Shown here one piece after another: positions 8,876 through 18,622 of a DNA stretch of 54,453 bases (position 1 is its first letter; each line of letters starts with the position of its first letter). The notes beneath the pieces are model-generated. The model saw only the letters and a program-made list of their open reading frames with translations, did no database searches and was not told the origin of the DNA. The position numbers and the translations under genes were made by a program. This DNA comes from a virus (lineage: Duplodnaviria; Caudoviricetes), in the IMG/VR virus record IMGVR_UViG_3300042923_000201, positions 1 to 54,453 of that record; one strand, written 5' to 3'.

Positions 8876-10615
8876 ATGGCATTAGTAACAAATTTTAATA
8901 TATTAGACTTTTTCAAAAACTTAGTATCTACTCCATCTGCCAATAACTTTAATGATGGTGATAAATCATTTGCTACAGCAGACGGTGAAGTAGAAGTAAG
9001 CCTGTCACCTATACAGTATTTTCATGAAGGTTCTTACTATCCACCACAGGAACACAAAGAAAGGATAGACAGATACAAGAGAAACAAGAAAGTATTTAAG
9101 GGTGAAAACTTTGAGGTATTTAAAGACTTTAACGGTTCTAAAAAAGAAAAGGATTTACTGTACATATCAGTTAACTTAGCGGGTGTTATATGTAAGAAAA
9201 GTGCTGACTTTCTCTTTGGTGAGACCGTTCAAATTAAAGCAGGTAATGGTGATAGCTCTAAGGAACAGTTAGCATTTGACAGGATTAAAGAGGATAACGG
9301 TTTAAACATTCTTACATATGAGAGTGCTTTAAGTAATGCCTATAGAGGTGACTCTTTTATAAAAGTAAGATATGGACAAGAGTATGGTGGGGAGATACCA
9401 CAGGAGTTAGACCCCTCAAGAGTTATTATTGAACCACTTAATCCTGAACATGTGTTCCCTGAGGCATCCCTTTATAATAAAAATAAGATTGTAGCCTATC
9501 ATGTAGCTGTTCCAGTACAGGTAGAAATAGAAGGACAGGAGCTATGGCAACTGTTTATAGAGTCACACTATGCAGGACGTATTGAATATAGAGTCTACAA
9601 CATGGAACCTATAGAGACAGTTAATTACGGTGCGTACTTTGAGGTTGTATGTTGGAAGATATCAAATGAAGTTTTAGAGGGTAGAAGTATGGTGCTTACA
9701 GGAGTTTCCTTACCTTTAGTTGTACATGTTCCTAACTATGGTACAGACGATACTTGGGAAGGGTTAGACGACATATCAGAACACATGGCTATCTTTGATG
9801 AAATTAATAATAGGCTCACACAAATAGCAGACATACTGGATAAACATTCAGACCCTGCAATGGCTGTTCCTAGTGGTATATTAGGTGAAGATGAACAAGG
9901 TAATCCAATATTTAGTGTACAACAAGATAAAGTATTTGAGGTAATGGGTAAGGATGATGTTATTCCACAATACGTAACATGGGATGGACAGTTATCACAA
10001 GCCTTTACTGAGTTAGATAAGTTAATTGATATACTTCTTACTACTGCTGAAATACCTGCTGTAGCTTTAGGTAAGTCAGATGGTGGTGGTACAAGTGGTA
10101 CGTCAGGACTAGCTATTAAATGGAGAATGAATAACTTACTGGCTAAAATAAACCGTAAGAGACAGTATTATGAAAGAGGTCTTAAACAAGTATTTAATTT
10201 AGCTCAATTACTAGAGGTGGCTGTTGGTGTTGCAGATTACACTTTAACTAAACCACAATTTACATTTCAAGATGGTTTACCTAAAGATGATACACAAGAA
10301 GCTACAGTTATGAATATACGTACAGGTGGAGCTAAAACAATATCACAGAAAACAGCAATCATGCGTATGGAAAACATGACTGAGGAACAAGCAGAAACTG
10401 AAATTGAGAGGATACAGGAAGAAGCTAAAGCCAATATGGAAAACATTCCTACTGTTGATTCTTCAATATTTAACGAGGATGTAGAGGAAGAGGAAAAAGA
10501 CGATGGGGAAGATTTAACAGAGAACCAAAAGAATCCTGATACATCTAAACATGCAGAGGGCAATGATTCAACTAAAGACAAAGACCCCAAAAAGACAGGA
10601 ACTAAAAAGGAGTAG
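8876..10615 (+). CDS. Portal protein (SPP1 gp6-like)
   Basis: Follows terL; SGTSGLAIK segment, ISQKTAI, acidic tail; 579 aa. Confidence 0.88.
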   Translation: MALVTNFNILDFFKNLVSTPSANNFNDGDKSFATADGEVEVSLSPIQYFHEGSYYPPQEHKERIDRYKRNKKVFKGENFEVFKDFNGSKKEKDLLYISVNLAGVICKKSADFLFGETVQIKAGNGDSSKEQLAFDRIKEDNGLNILTYESALSNAYRGDSFIKVRYGQEYGGEIPQELDPSRVIIEPLNPEHVFPEASLYNKNKIVAYHVAVPVQVEIEGQELWQLFIESHYAGRIEYRVYNMEPIETVNYGAYFEVVCWKISNEVLEGRSMVLTGVSLPLVVHVPNYGTDDTWEGLDDISEHMAIFDEINNRLTQIADILDKHSDPAMAVPSGILGEDEQGNPIFSVQQDKVFEVMGKDDVIPQYVTWDGQLSQAFTELDKLIDILLTTAEIPAVALGKSDGGGTSGTSGLAIKWRMNNLLAKINRKRQYYERGLKQVFNLAQLLEVAVGVADYTLTKPQFTFQDGLPKDDTQEATVMNIRTGGAKTISQKTAIMRMENMTEEQAETEIERIQEEAKANMENIPTVDSSIFNEDVEEEEKDDGEDLTENQKNPDTSKHAEGNDSTKDKDPKKTGTKKE

Positions 10616-10622
10616 TGTATAA

Positions 10623-11519
10623 ATGGTAAAATACAATCCACGGTCACTACTGGAAAAGCCATCCATTAAAATGACAAAGGTATTTACTAAAAGATATAGA
10701 CAGTTGGGACAGTTGCTTAAAACACAACTGTCCTACAAAAGTAATCCACTATTTACAATCATATCTCAGTATATGATTTATAAGGCAGTAGATAACATTT
10801 TAAACGATTTACGGGATGATATAGAGCTAACAGTTAGTGAAGAAATAGAATACGCTTATTACTTAGGATATGCTTTTGGACTTATGGCTGAATATGATTC
10901 TGTAGGTATTATATATACGTATGACACAATTATAGTTGAAGTTAAAGAAATGGTTAATACAGAAGTGTTGTTTAAGATAAAGAGAGCCACAGTTAATGAC
11001 TTATTACAGGTTACCCGTAACACAGACTTCATGGTTAAGAAGTTAGTACAGGAAACAATGGGAAAACATTTAACAGCACGTAACTTATTAAAAACTGGTA
11101 GACAGGATTTAGTTGGGTTAGTGTTAAAAGATTTAAGAGGTAAAGGACTGGAAGACTCTATATCTAATAACATGATAGCTATTGTGGATAAGGCAGGAAG
11201 ACGTTGGAAAGTTAATACATATGTAGACATGGTAGTACAGACAAAGGCACATCAAGTGTATGTACAGGGAATAAAGGATTTCTCTTCTTCTCATGGGGGT
11301 AAAGGTGACTTGGCTCGTATTCCACATAATCCTCTAACTAAGGATGCCTGTTTAAAACATGAAGGTAAGATTATCAGTATGACAGGAGCTACAGCAGGAT
11401 ATGAGACATATGATTACTTACAATCTACAGGAGACATATTCCATCCTAGATGTAGACATGCCCCTATTCCTTATTGGGATGAAGACAGTATTCCTAAGGA
11501 TAAAAATAAAATAAAATAA
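10623..11519 (+). CDS. Minor capsid / head morphogenesis protein
   Basis: DKAGRRW..YVDM and C-terminal FHPRCRH motifs; lies between portal and scaffold. Confidence 0.8.
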   Translation: MVKYNPRSLLEKPSIKMTKVFTKRYRQLGQLLKTQLSYKSNPLFTIISQYMIYKAVDNILNDLRDDIELTVSEEIEYAYYLGYAFGLMAEYDSVGIIYTYDTIIVEVKEMVNTEVLFKIKRATVNDLLQVTRNTDFMVKKLVQETMGKHLTARNLLKTGRQDLVGLVLKDLRGKGLEDSISNNMIAIVDKAGRRWKVNTYVDMVVQTKAHQVYVQGIKDFSSSHGGKGDLARIPHNPLTKDACLKHEGKIISMTGATAGYETYDYLQSTGDIFHPRCRHAPIPYWDEDSIPKDKNKIK

Positions 11520-11739
11520 ATTTTACCAATTAGGTTGTAAAAATGTATACCTAACGGACTTACTCTTGAATAACAGTAAGTACGGGATTCTGTACAAGTC
11601 CTGTACTAATTACTTAACTATCTCTTTCCCACCTGAGGTTAACAGTCACCTTAATACGTGGCTGTTGATACTTTTTAAATTGGGAGTAATTAGTTATAAA
11701 GTAAAATACTGTAATAAATTTAAAGGTGAGGGAAAAAGA

Positions 11740-12402
11740 ATGTTAGAATCAAGACCTATAAAAATGAATTTACAAATGTTTGCAACTGATTCAAGTGATA
11801 CACCAGTAGAATCAGTACCAACAACTTCAACTCCTACAGAACCTACTACAAGTACATCTAATACACCTGTAGAGGCACCAGTAGTAGAAGAACCTGTTGT
11901 AGTAGTGGAAGAAATTAAACCAATAGAACCTGTAGTAGAGTCACTTAAGGAACCAATCGTAGAGCCTGTAGTTGAGCCTGTTTTACCAGTAGAACCTGAG
12001 AAGGTCATTGAAGTAACAGTAGAAGAACTACAGAGCAAGTTGGATTTGACAGTTGAGAAATCTACAGTTGAACTTAATAAAGCTAACACATTACTTAATT
12101 TAAAAACAGAGCAAGTGAATGAGTATGAAGGTATTTTAAATGCACTCATTGATAGTAAGATGGAAGGTATTCCTGAAAATCTAAAAGAACTAATCCCTGA
12201 AAAGTTATCCTTAGTGGAAAAAATGGCATGGATAGATAAAGCTGAGAAAACTGGAATATTTAACACTGGCAATCCTGATGGTATAGAAATAGGTAAGCCA
12301 TTTAATCCATCTACAAAGAACAACACTAACACTTCTGATATGTCTGCTTCTGCTAAAATGGCATTAGCTTATGGTACTTCAAAAGTTGGTAGAAAAAAAT
12401 AA
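11740..12402 (+). CDS. Capsid scaffolding protein
   Basis: MNLQMFA N-terminal motif, P/E/V-rich linker, coiled coil; directly upstream of major capsid; start moved to 11740 (GGTGAGGG RBS). Confidence 0.78.
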   Translation: MLESRPIKMNLQMFATDSSDTPVESVPTTSTPTEPTTSTSNTPVEAPVVEEPVVVVEEIKPIEPVVESLKEPIVEPVVEPVLPVEPEKVIEVTVEELQSKLDLTVEKSTVELNKANTLLNLKTEQVNEYEGILNALIDSKMEGIPENLKELIPEKLSLVEKMAWIDKAEKTGIFNTGNPDGIEIGKPFNPSTKNNTNTSDMSASAKMALAYGTSKVGRKK

Positions 12403-12433
12403 ATAAAAACACAATTACAAGGAGGAAACAATA

Positions 12434-13321
12434 ATGGCTATAACTTTAGTAGAAAGTGCTAAACTGTCTCAAGATATGCTTCAACGTGGTGTTATTGAGA
12501 CTATGGTAAGAACATCAGCAGTATTGGAAGTATTACCATTTATGGAAATCGTAGGAAACGCATATAATTATAATCAAGTAGCAGAATTACCTACAGTAGC
12601 GTTTAGAAATGTAAATGAAGGTTACGTGGAAAGTGGTTCTGTATTTGAACAAAAGACAGCAACTTTAAAAATGCTTGGTGGAGACGTTGATGTTGACAAA
12701 TTCATCGCACAAACAAGAGGTAATCTTAATGACCAAAGAGCAATCCAAACAGAACTAAAAGCAAAGGCAGTAGCAGAGACTTTCACTAAGACTTTCTTTT
12801 ACGGTGATATTTCTGTAGACACTAAGTCTTTTGACGGTTTGGCTCAGTTCATTGGTGGAGTACAAGACATTCCGGTAATTGATAATACTACAGGTGCTTT
12901 AACATTGGCTGACTTAAACAAACTTATTGATGCTGTTCCATTTGGTGCTGATGCCCTATTTATGAGTAGAAGTACTAGACGTATCGTAATGAACATTCTT
13001 CAAGCTTCTCAACATTATATTGAAACTGGTGTAGATGCATTTGGTAAACCAGTACAAATGTATGCAGGGATTCCTTTTAGAGTTTGTGAAGATGCTGTAA
13101 TGCCCGCACAAGGTATCGCAGGTGCTGACGGTTCTGAGATATTTGCAGTTAAGTTCGGTGCTATGTCTGATGTAAGTGGTATCCAAAACGGTGGAGTAAC
13201 AGTTACTGATATTGGTGAACTTGAAACTATGCCAGTATATAGAACTCGTATCGAATGGTACTGTGGTCTTACAGTATTTAATCCTAATTCTGTTGCACGA
13301 CTTAAAGGAATTAAGAAATAG
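12434..13321 (+). CDS. Major capsid protein
   Basis: 295 aa, LPTVAFR.VNEGY, LGGDVDVD, FDGL, YRTRIEWYCGL pattern; strong GGAGG RBS; terminator follows. Confidence 0.9.
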   Translation: MAITLVESAKLSQDMLQRGVIETMVRTSAVLEVLPFMEIVGNAYNYNQVAELPTVAFRNVNEGYVESGSVFEQKTATLKMLGGDVDVDKFIAQTRGNLNDQRAIQTELKAKAVAETFTKTFFYGDISVDTKSFDGLAQFIGGVQDIPVIDNTTGALTLADLNKLIDAVPFGADALFMSRSTRRIVMNILQASQHYIETGVDAFGKPVQMYAGIPFRVCEDAVMPAQGIAGADGSEIFAVKFGAMSDVSGIQNGGVTVTDIGELETMPVYRTRIEWYCGLTVFNPNSVARLKGIKK

Positions 13322-13332
13322 TATTACTACAT

Positions 13333-13376
13333 AAGAGAGGGTAGACGGGTTTTAACACCCTTTACCTTCTTTTTTT
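13333..13376 (+). terminator. Rho-independent terminator after capsid gene
   Basis: Imperfect GC stem followed by a T-run. Confidence 0.6.
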
Positions 13377-13401
13377 ATATACAAAATAGGAGGTTAACAT
13401 A

Positions 13402-13656
13402 ATGGCTGTAAAAGTTATATATAGTGATATCGACAATAAGATAAATGCATATCTAGGTGGAGAACTCTTCTTAGATGGAGTAAAGATATTTGAAGATGAT
13501 AAAGAAGGTATTGAATTTGCTAACAGATATTACAAGAGATATGAAGTAATAGAAAAAGTTGATGAAGTAAAACCATATAGTGAAGTAATAGAAATAAAGA
13601 TAGATGAAGCAAAACCAAAAATAACTAAGAAGTCTACTACTAAAAAGAAAGGGTAA
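13402..13656 (+). CDS. Hypothetical head-associated protein
   Basis: 84 aa, GGAGG RBS, Lys-rich tail. Confidence 0.7.
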   Translation: MAVKVIYSDIDNKINAYLGGELFLDGVKIFEDDKEGIEFANRYYKRYEVIEKVDEVKPYSEVIEIKIDEAKPKITKKSTTKKKG

Positions 13657-13667
13657 GGTGATGTACA

Positions 13668-14111
13668 ATGGCAACTACTGAGACATTCGAGGCTGTTTCA
13701 ACATTTATAGAAGACAACATCTTCCACAGTTCTGTTTGGGATGAAGCAGATTCAACTTCTCGTGCTAAGGCAGTCAATAACTGTATAGATACATTACTAA
13801 TTATATTGAATGACTATTTTACAGTAGAAGCTGACATCCCTGTTAATATACTTTCCAATCAAGTTGTATGGTTTATGAGAGTAGACGATACATTCCTTAG
13901 AGCTGAAATGGGAGCTACATACATTCAAATGGCAGGTGTAATGGTATCTATAAAGGATAAGGATATTTCAATTGCTCCATATGTACTAAATGCTTTAAAC
14001 ATTACTCCTGATGCTTTAACTGGTGGTATCTCAAAACGTAAAGTAGGTAGGTACATAGGAAGATATGTCGGTACTATTGAGTCTATCTACAGGAACTTTG
14101 GGAGGTCTTAA
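13668..14111 (+). CDS. Putative head-tail adaptor/connector
   Basis: Synteny and size (147 aa). Confidence 0.6.
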   Translation: MATTETFEAVSTFIEDNIFHSSVWDEADSTSRAKAVNNCIDTLLIILNDYFTVEADIPVNILSNQVVWFMRVDDTFLRAEMGATYIQMAGVMVSIKDKDISIAPYVLNALNITPDALTGGISKRKVGRYIGRYVGTIESIYRNFGRS

Positions 14112-14113
14112 AC

Positions 14114-14458
14114 ATGTTGAACTTCATTCCAATGAATAACAAGGCATCTATATTTAAACAAAGTTCCTTAGACAACTGGGGTAAACCTTCTTTAGTGGCA
14201 GACAAAACAGTAAAATGTGCCATTACATACAACACAGATTTAGCTCAAATATCAGGAGAAGATGGGGTTTCAACTACTATGTCAGCATCTATAGTTATGA
14301 AAGGTTTAGTGGACATAAGGAACGGTGATTACATATCTTTTACAACAGCATTAGGTGTGGGAGATAAGTATAGAGTTGTGGATGTATACTTCTTTGAAGA
14401 CTGGGCAGGAAAAATAATTGCCACTAGGGTTGTTGTTGGTAGTGGTAAAAGGTCATAA
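14114..14458 (+). CDS. Putative head closure/stopper protein
   Basis: DNWGKP N-terminal motif, beta-rich, synteny. Confidence 0.6.
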   Translation: MLNFIPMNNKASIFKQSSLDNWGKPSLVADKTVKCAITYNTDLAQISGEDGVSTTMSASIVMKGLVDIRNGDYISFTTALGVGDKYRVVDVYFFEDWAGKIIATRVVVGSGKRS

Positions 14459-14479
14459 GGTTAGTAGGAGTGTTGCAAC

Positions 14480-14938
14480 ATGTCTAAAGGTTTTAAAATA
14501 GATATAAAGGGGTTAACTTCTTTTAGCAAAATGAATGACGTTGTTTGGGAGGCAATTACTGATTGTATGGATGATATACAGGAGGATGCTCTTAAAGTAT
14601 CTAAAAGTATTGCTCCAAAAGATTCAGGAGATTTGGAAAAAAGTATTTCTTCCCGTAAATATCGTAAAAAGGGGAAAATAGCTTGGTTCAGTTTAAAGGC
14701 TACCGCAGAAAACAAAGGTTTTGATTATGCAGAATGGACACATGATAAGACGTACAACTTAGGTAAAAAATCAAGAGCTAAACGTCCACAAAGAAGTAGG
14801 TTTTCTAATCACGGTTTTAGAGTAGGTAAGGGTTATATGAGTCAAGTACCTGATGCTTTAGAAGGTGACTGGACAAAGTTTATGCAGGATACAGTAACCC
14901 TGAGAATTAGAGTAGAAACACGTAAAAACAAAAAGTAG
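14480..14938 (+). CDS. HK97 gp10-like neck/tail completion protein
   Basis: APKDSGDLEKSI and DYAEWTH motifs. Confidence 0.7.
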   Translation: MSKGFKIDIKGLTSFSKMNDVVWEAITDCMDDIQEDALKVSKSIAPKDSGDLEKSISSRKYRKKGKIAWFSLKATAENKGFDYAEWTHDKTYNLGKKSRAKRPQRSRFSNHGFRVGKGYMSQVPDALEGDWTKFMQDTVTLRIRVETRKNKK

Positions 14939-14948
14939 GTGGGAACAT

Positions 14949-15308
14949 TTGAGACTTATGGAGTTAACAGAATTTCTTACGGGTATTACAGGGTTGGACA
15001 CATATCCATTGGAATTTCCCTACAATAGTGAACAGGAAGATGTGTTAGTAGTTGATATTATTAATGGTACCTATGATGGTAGTGATACTTCAATGTACAT
15101 TCAACTAATGGCTAGAAGTGTGCATCCATCTGTGGCAGAAGAAATGTGTTATGACGTTATACAGTTATTACATAATCAGACAGATTTGTATTTTAGTGGA
15201 CAACAAATAATTTTAATTACAGCCAACAATCCTAATCCATTTTTTACTGGACAGGATAAAAATAATAAGTATTTATTCACAATAGATTTCACAATATTGT
15301 TAGGATAA
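14949..15308 (+). CDS. Putative tail terminator protein
   Basis: Directly upstream of tail tube; IQLMAR and GQDKNNKYLFTIDF pattern. Confidence 0.65.
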   Translation: MRLMELTEFLTGITGLDTYPLEFPYNSEQEDVLVVDIINGTYDGSDTSMYIQLMARSVHPSVAEEMCYDVIQLLHNQTDLYFSGQQIILITANNPNPFFTGQDKNNKYLFTIDFTILLG

Positions 15309-15327
15309 AAAATAGGAGGAATAAATA

Positions 15328-15756
15328 ATGTCAAAAGTAGCAGGTGTTGACGTATTACTAAAAGTAAAAATTGGTGAGACTTACACAGCAATTGGTGGAC
15401 AAAAATCAGCATCACTAAGTAGAAGTGCTGAAACAATCGACACTACAGACAAAAATAGCGCAGGTTGGGCAGAGAGTATGGCAGGAGTAAAAACTTGGAG
15501 TATTGACTGTGATGCTTTCATAGTTTTAGGTGACACTTCATTAGAAGCTCTACATACAGCATTTGATGCTAGAACACCTTTGGATGTAACAATTAGAGTA
15601 GGGGCAACAGATAATGTGGGAGGATATACATATACTGGAAGTGCTGTTATTACTGACTTTCCTGAGGAATACCCACAGGATGATGCAGTATCAATGTCTT
15701 TAAGTTTACAAGGTGCTTCACCATTAGTTAGAACAACAGGAGTAGTAACACCTTAG
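15328..15756 (+). CDS. Major tail (tube) protein, TP901-1-like
   Basis: AGVDVLL, IGGQKSASLSRSAETIDTTDK, GVKTWSI, SLSLQG motifs. Confidence 0.88.
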   Translation: MSKVAGVDVLLKVKIGETYTAIGGQKSASLSRSAETIDTTDKNSAGWAESMAGVKTWSIDCDAFIVLGDTSLEALHTAFDARTPLDVTIRVGATDNVGGYTYTGSAVITDFPEEYPQDDAVSMSLSLQGASPLVRTTGVVTP

Positions 15757-15839
15757 TATTTTACTAACAGGTTTTGGTAGTATGTGCCTAATTTAAACAA
15801 CTACCAACAAATTATAATAATACTCAGGGGGAAAATATA

Positions 15840-16118
15840 TTGGCAAAATTAGTACCAATCATGTTAGACAAAGAAAGAAACTTAAAATTTAATTTAAACT
15901 CACTAATCACCATAGAAGAATTAACAGGTATAAAAGTATCTGAAATGGGTGAGAACAGTGATTTTGGAATGGTTACGTTGAGAGCTATGGTTTATGCAGG
16001 AATACGACATGAGGACAAAGAAATCACTTTGGAAGAAGTTGGAGACTGTATTGACTTTGATAATATGGAAGATGTGGCACAAGCAATAGGTGAAGCAATG
16101 TCAACGGTAAAGTCCTAA
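15840..16118 (+). CDS. Tail assembly chaperone (gpG-like)
   Basis: LDKERNLKFNLN motif; between tube and tape measure genes. Confidence 0.8.
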   Translation: MAKLVPIMLDKERNLKFNLNSLITIEELTGIKVSEMGENSDFGMVTLRAMVYAGIRHEDKEITLEEVGDCIDFDNMEDVAQAIGEAMSTVKS

Positions 16119-16450
16119 GCGGTTTAACTTTGGATGAAATAAAAATGTATGGTTTGTCATACTGTAGACTTGAGTATGAGAACATGTTAAATATGGATTT
16201 ATACGTACTTTCTGTTTTAATTAAAGCAGAGATTGATAGAGAGACACATGAGACAGACTTACATATGCAGAAGTTAGCTTGGCAAACAGCTATGTTAATG
16301 AACGCTACAGGTAATTACAAAAACCAAATTAAACCAAATAAATTATATGAACCATTATCAGAAGTAAATAAATCAGAAAAAAAGAATAAACCTTTACAGG
16401 ATGTAGACATACATACTAAACGGGAGGAACTATTAAATTCTTTTAAATAA
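16106..16450 (+). CDS. Tail assembly chaperone extension (gpT-like), probably reached by -1 frameshift
   Basis: The -1 frame is open from G-GTA-AAG (16106-16112) into ORF 16130..16450, which has no RBS of its own. Confidence 0.7.
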   Translation, partial: GKVLSGLTLDEIKMYGLSYCRLEYENMLNMDLYVLSVLIKAEIDRETHETDLHMQKLAWQTAMLMNATGNYKNQIKPNKLYEPLSEVNKSEKKNKPLQDVDIHTKREELLNSFK

Positions 16451-16474
16451 AGAGTAATGTAGTATTTAAACAAT

Positions 16475-16504
16475 AGGGAGGTTCTTAACAGGACTTCCCT
16501 TTTT
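16475..16504 (+). terminator. Terminator-like hairpin before tape measure gene
   Basis: AGGGGAGTTC / GGACTTCCCT stem followed by TTTT. Confidence 0.5.
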
Positions 16505-16531
16505 ATACAGTAAAAGGAGTGAGGGATAAAT

Positions 16532-18622
16532 ATGTCAGATACAGTAAATATAAAAGTTAGTGCTGATGTAGCACAGGCATTAAACTCTTTAAAAGCTATA
16601 AACAGTAACATGGATGAAATAGGTAAAACAACAAAGAAAACTACTGGTATACTCACAAAGGTCAGAAATGCAATTACAATAGCTTTTGCATTAGATAAGA
16701 TAGTTGGTTTTGGAGCAAAGATACTGGAAACCACAGCTAAATTACAGGCTATGGATGCCCAATTTGACCAAGTATTTAAGGGGCAAGAAGGTGTAGAAGC
16801 TCTTAAAGGTATAGGTAAACAGTCTCAAGAACTAAGTATTCATGCTGACAGACTTAAAGAATCATGGTCTTCTGTTAACTCGCAATTAAAGGGAGCGGGA
16901 ATGGAGGGTACTAAGGCATTAGAAGCAACAGCAAAAGCCACCACATTAGCCGCCGATGCATCTGCTTTCTACGACATAACTTTAGAAGAGTCTACTGCAA
17001 TGCTACAGTCATTTATGAAAGGTAACTTTGAGGCAGGGGATGCCATAGGTGTATTTACAAGTGCCAAACAGATGGATGGTAAAGCTATGGATGCTTATGG
17101 TTTGAAGTGGCAAGATTTAAGTGAAGAGCAAAGACAGTGGTTACTGTTAGACACTGTTGGTAAGACGTATGAATTAAATGGTGCTATGGGTCAAGCCAGT
17201 AGAGAAGCAGATAATTGGGCGAATATTACTGGTAACCTTAAAGCTACTTGGGAACGGTTTATTTCTGATGGTATAGGAAAAGTAGCAATAGACTTAGCAA
17301 AAGATGCTGTAATAAAACTTACCGAAGCAATAGAGAAACTAGGTGAAGCTCCTGCAAACATAAAGAAGGCATTTGATGAGTTTAAAGAAATGTTGTATGA
17401 CCATAGAGAAGCCTTAGCATTAACTGGGGTAGCAATAACAACTTTCGGTGCCTTAATAATTGCTTTAAATTGGTCTGCTATAACAGGTGCCTTTGGTCTT
17501 GGTATTTTGGCATTGGCAATAGGTGGATTAACAATAGCGGAAGGTATATGTGCAACTGCAACTTTTTTACTGGAAGGTGCTATTGCAATATTAACAGCTC
17601 CATTTGCTCCACTTATAGCAATCATTGGTTTAGTAATAGGTGCTATTGTTTACTTAATATTCCACTGGGAAGAAGCTAAAGACGGTGCCAAAATTGTATG
17701 TGACGGTATTAAAGAAGCGTGGGATGATTTGTTTGCAGGTCAAATTGAATTTTGGACAAACTTAAGCACAAAGGTAAATGAGGGTTGTGAGGCAATACAG
17801 ACTACAGTAGATGGTTGGAAAGAGGGTATTGCAGAAGGATTTAGTAATGCTTGGGAAACAGTCACTACAGGCACAACAGAGTTTTGGACAGGGTTGTCAG
17901 ATAAAATAAATGACGGTTGTGAAAAAGCGCAAACCAAAATAAACGAGTGGGGTACCAATGTCGCAACAGCTTTTAAAACAAATTGGGACTCATTATTAAC
18001 TAGTAATGTAAACATGTGGACAAATTTTGGTACAGGTGTAGTAGACGGATGTAATAAAGCTCAAGGCAAAATTAATAAATTTACAGGTGATATAGCTAAA
18101 AACATGGACAGTGCTTGGACTGACATCAAAACTAAAACAGCCACTAAGTTTGGTGAGATTGGTACAAAAATCAGTGAAAAGATGGAACAAGCCAAAACAG
18201 CTGTAAAAGAAGCAATAGAAAAGATAAAAAGTTTCTTTAAGTTTGACTGGAAGTTGCCTAGTTTAAAATTACCTAAGATAACAGTTAAAGGAAGTTTTAG
18301 TTTGAAACCTCCATCTACTCCTAGTTTTGGAATTTCATGGCATAAGAATGGTGGAGTATTTGACGAAGCATCTGTAATCGGTGTTGGTGAAGCAGGAACA
18401 GAAGCTGTTGTGCCTCTTACAAATAAACATGCCATGTCACTTATTGGTGCTTCTGTAGCAAAGTTTATGCCTGATGGAAAAGAAAAAAGTTCCTCAGGGG
18501 TTGTAAATAACTTTAACGTTCAAGCTACTGTAAGAGAAGAGGCTGACATATCTAAGATAGCACAAATGTTATATAAGTTAGAAGTCAGAGAAAACAGAAG
18601 ATTAGGGAGGACTGGTATATAA
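16532..18622 (+). CDS. Tail tape measure protein
   Basis: 696 aa, Ala-rich, central hydrophobic segment, periodic W/F repeats, C-terminal GEAGTEAVVPL. Confidence 0.9.
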   Translation: MSDTVNIKVSADVAQALNSLKAINSNMDEIGKTTKKTTGILTKVRNAITIAFALDKIVGFGAKILETTAKLQAMDAQFDQVFKGQEGVEALKGIGKQSQELSIHADRLKESWSSVNSQLKGAGMEGTKALEATAKATTLAADASAFYDITLEESTAMLQSFMKGNFEAGDAIGVFTSAKQMDGKAMDAYGLKWQDLSEEQRQWLLLDTVGKTYELNGAMGQASREADNWANITGNLKATWERFISDGIGKVAIDLAKDAVIKLTEAIEKLGEAPANIKKAFDEFKEMLYDHREALALTGVAITTFGALIIALNWSAITGAFGLGILALAIGGLTIAEGICATATFLLEGAIAILTAPFAPLIAIIGLVIGAIVYLIFHWEEAKDGAKIVCDGIKEAWDDLFAGQIEFWTNLSTKVNEGCEAIQTTVDGWKEGIAEGFSNAWETVTTGTTEFWTGLSDKINDGCEKAQTKINEWGTNVATAFKTNWDSLLTSNVNMWTNFGTGVVDGCNKAQGKINKFTGDIAKNMDSAWTDIKTKTATKFGEIGTKISEKMEQAKTAVKEAIEKIKSFFKFDWKLPSLKLPKITVKGSFSLKPPSTPSFGISWHKNGGVFDEASVIGVGEAGTEAVVPLTNKHAMSLIGASVAKFMPDGKEKSSSGVVNNFNVQATVREEADISKIAQMLYKLEVRENRRLGRTGI

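Noticed and set aside
11566-11739. N-terminal extension of the scaffold ORF
   Set aside because: No RBS at 11566, a good RBS at 11740, and the region folds as a leader.
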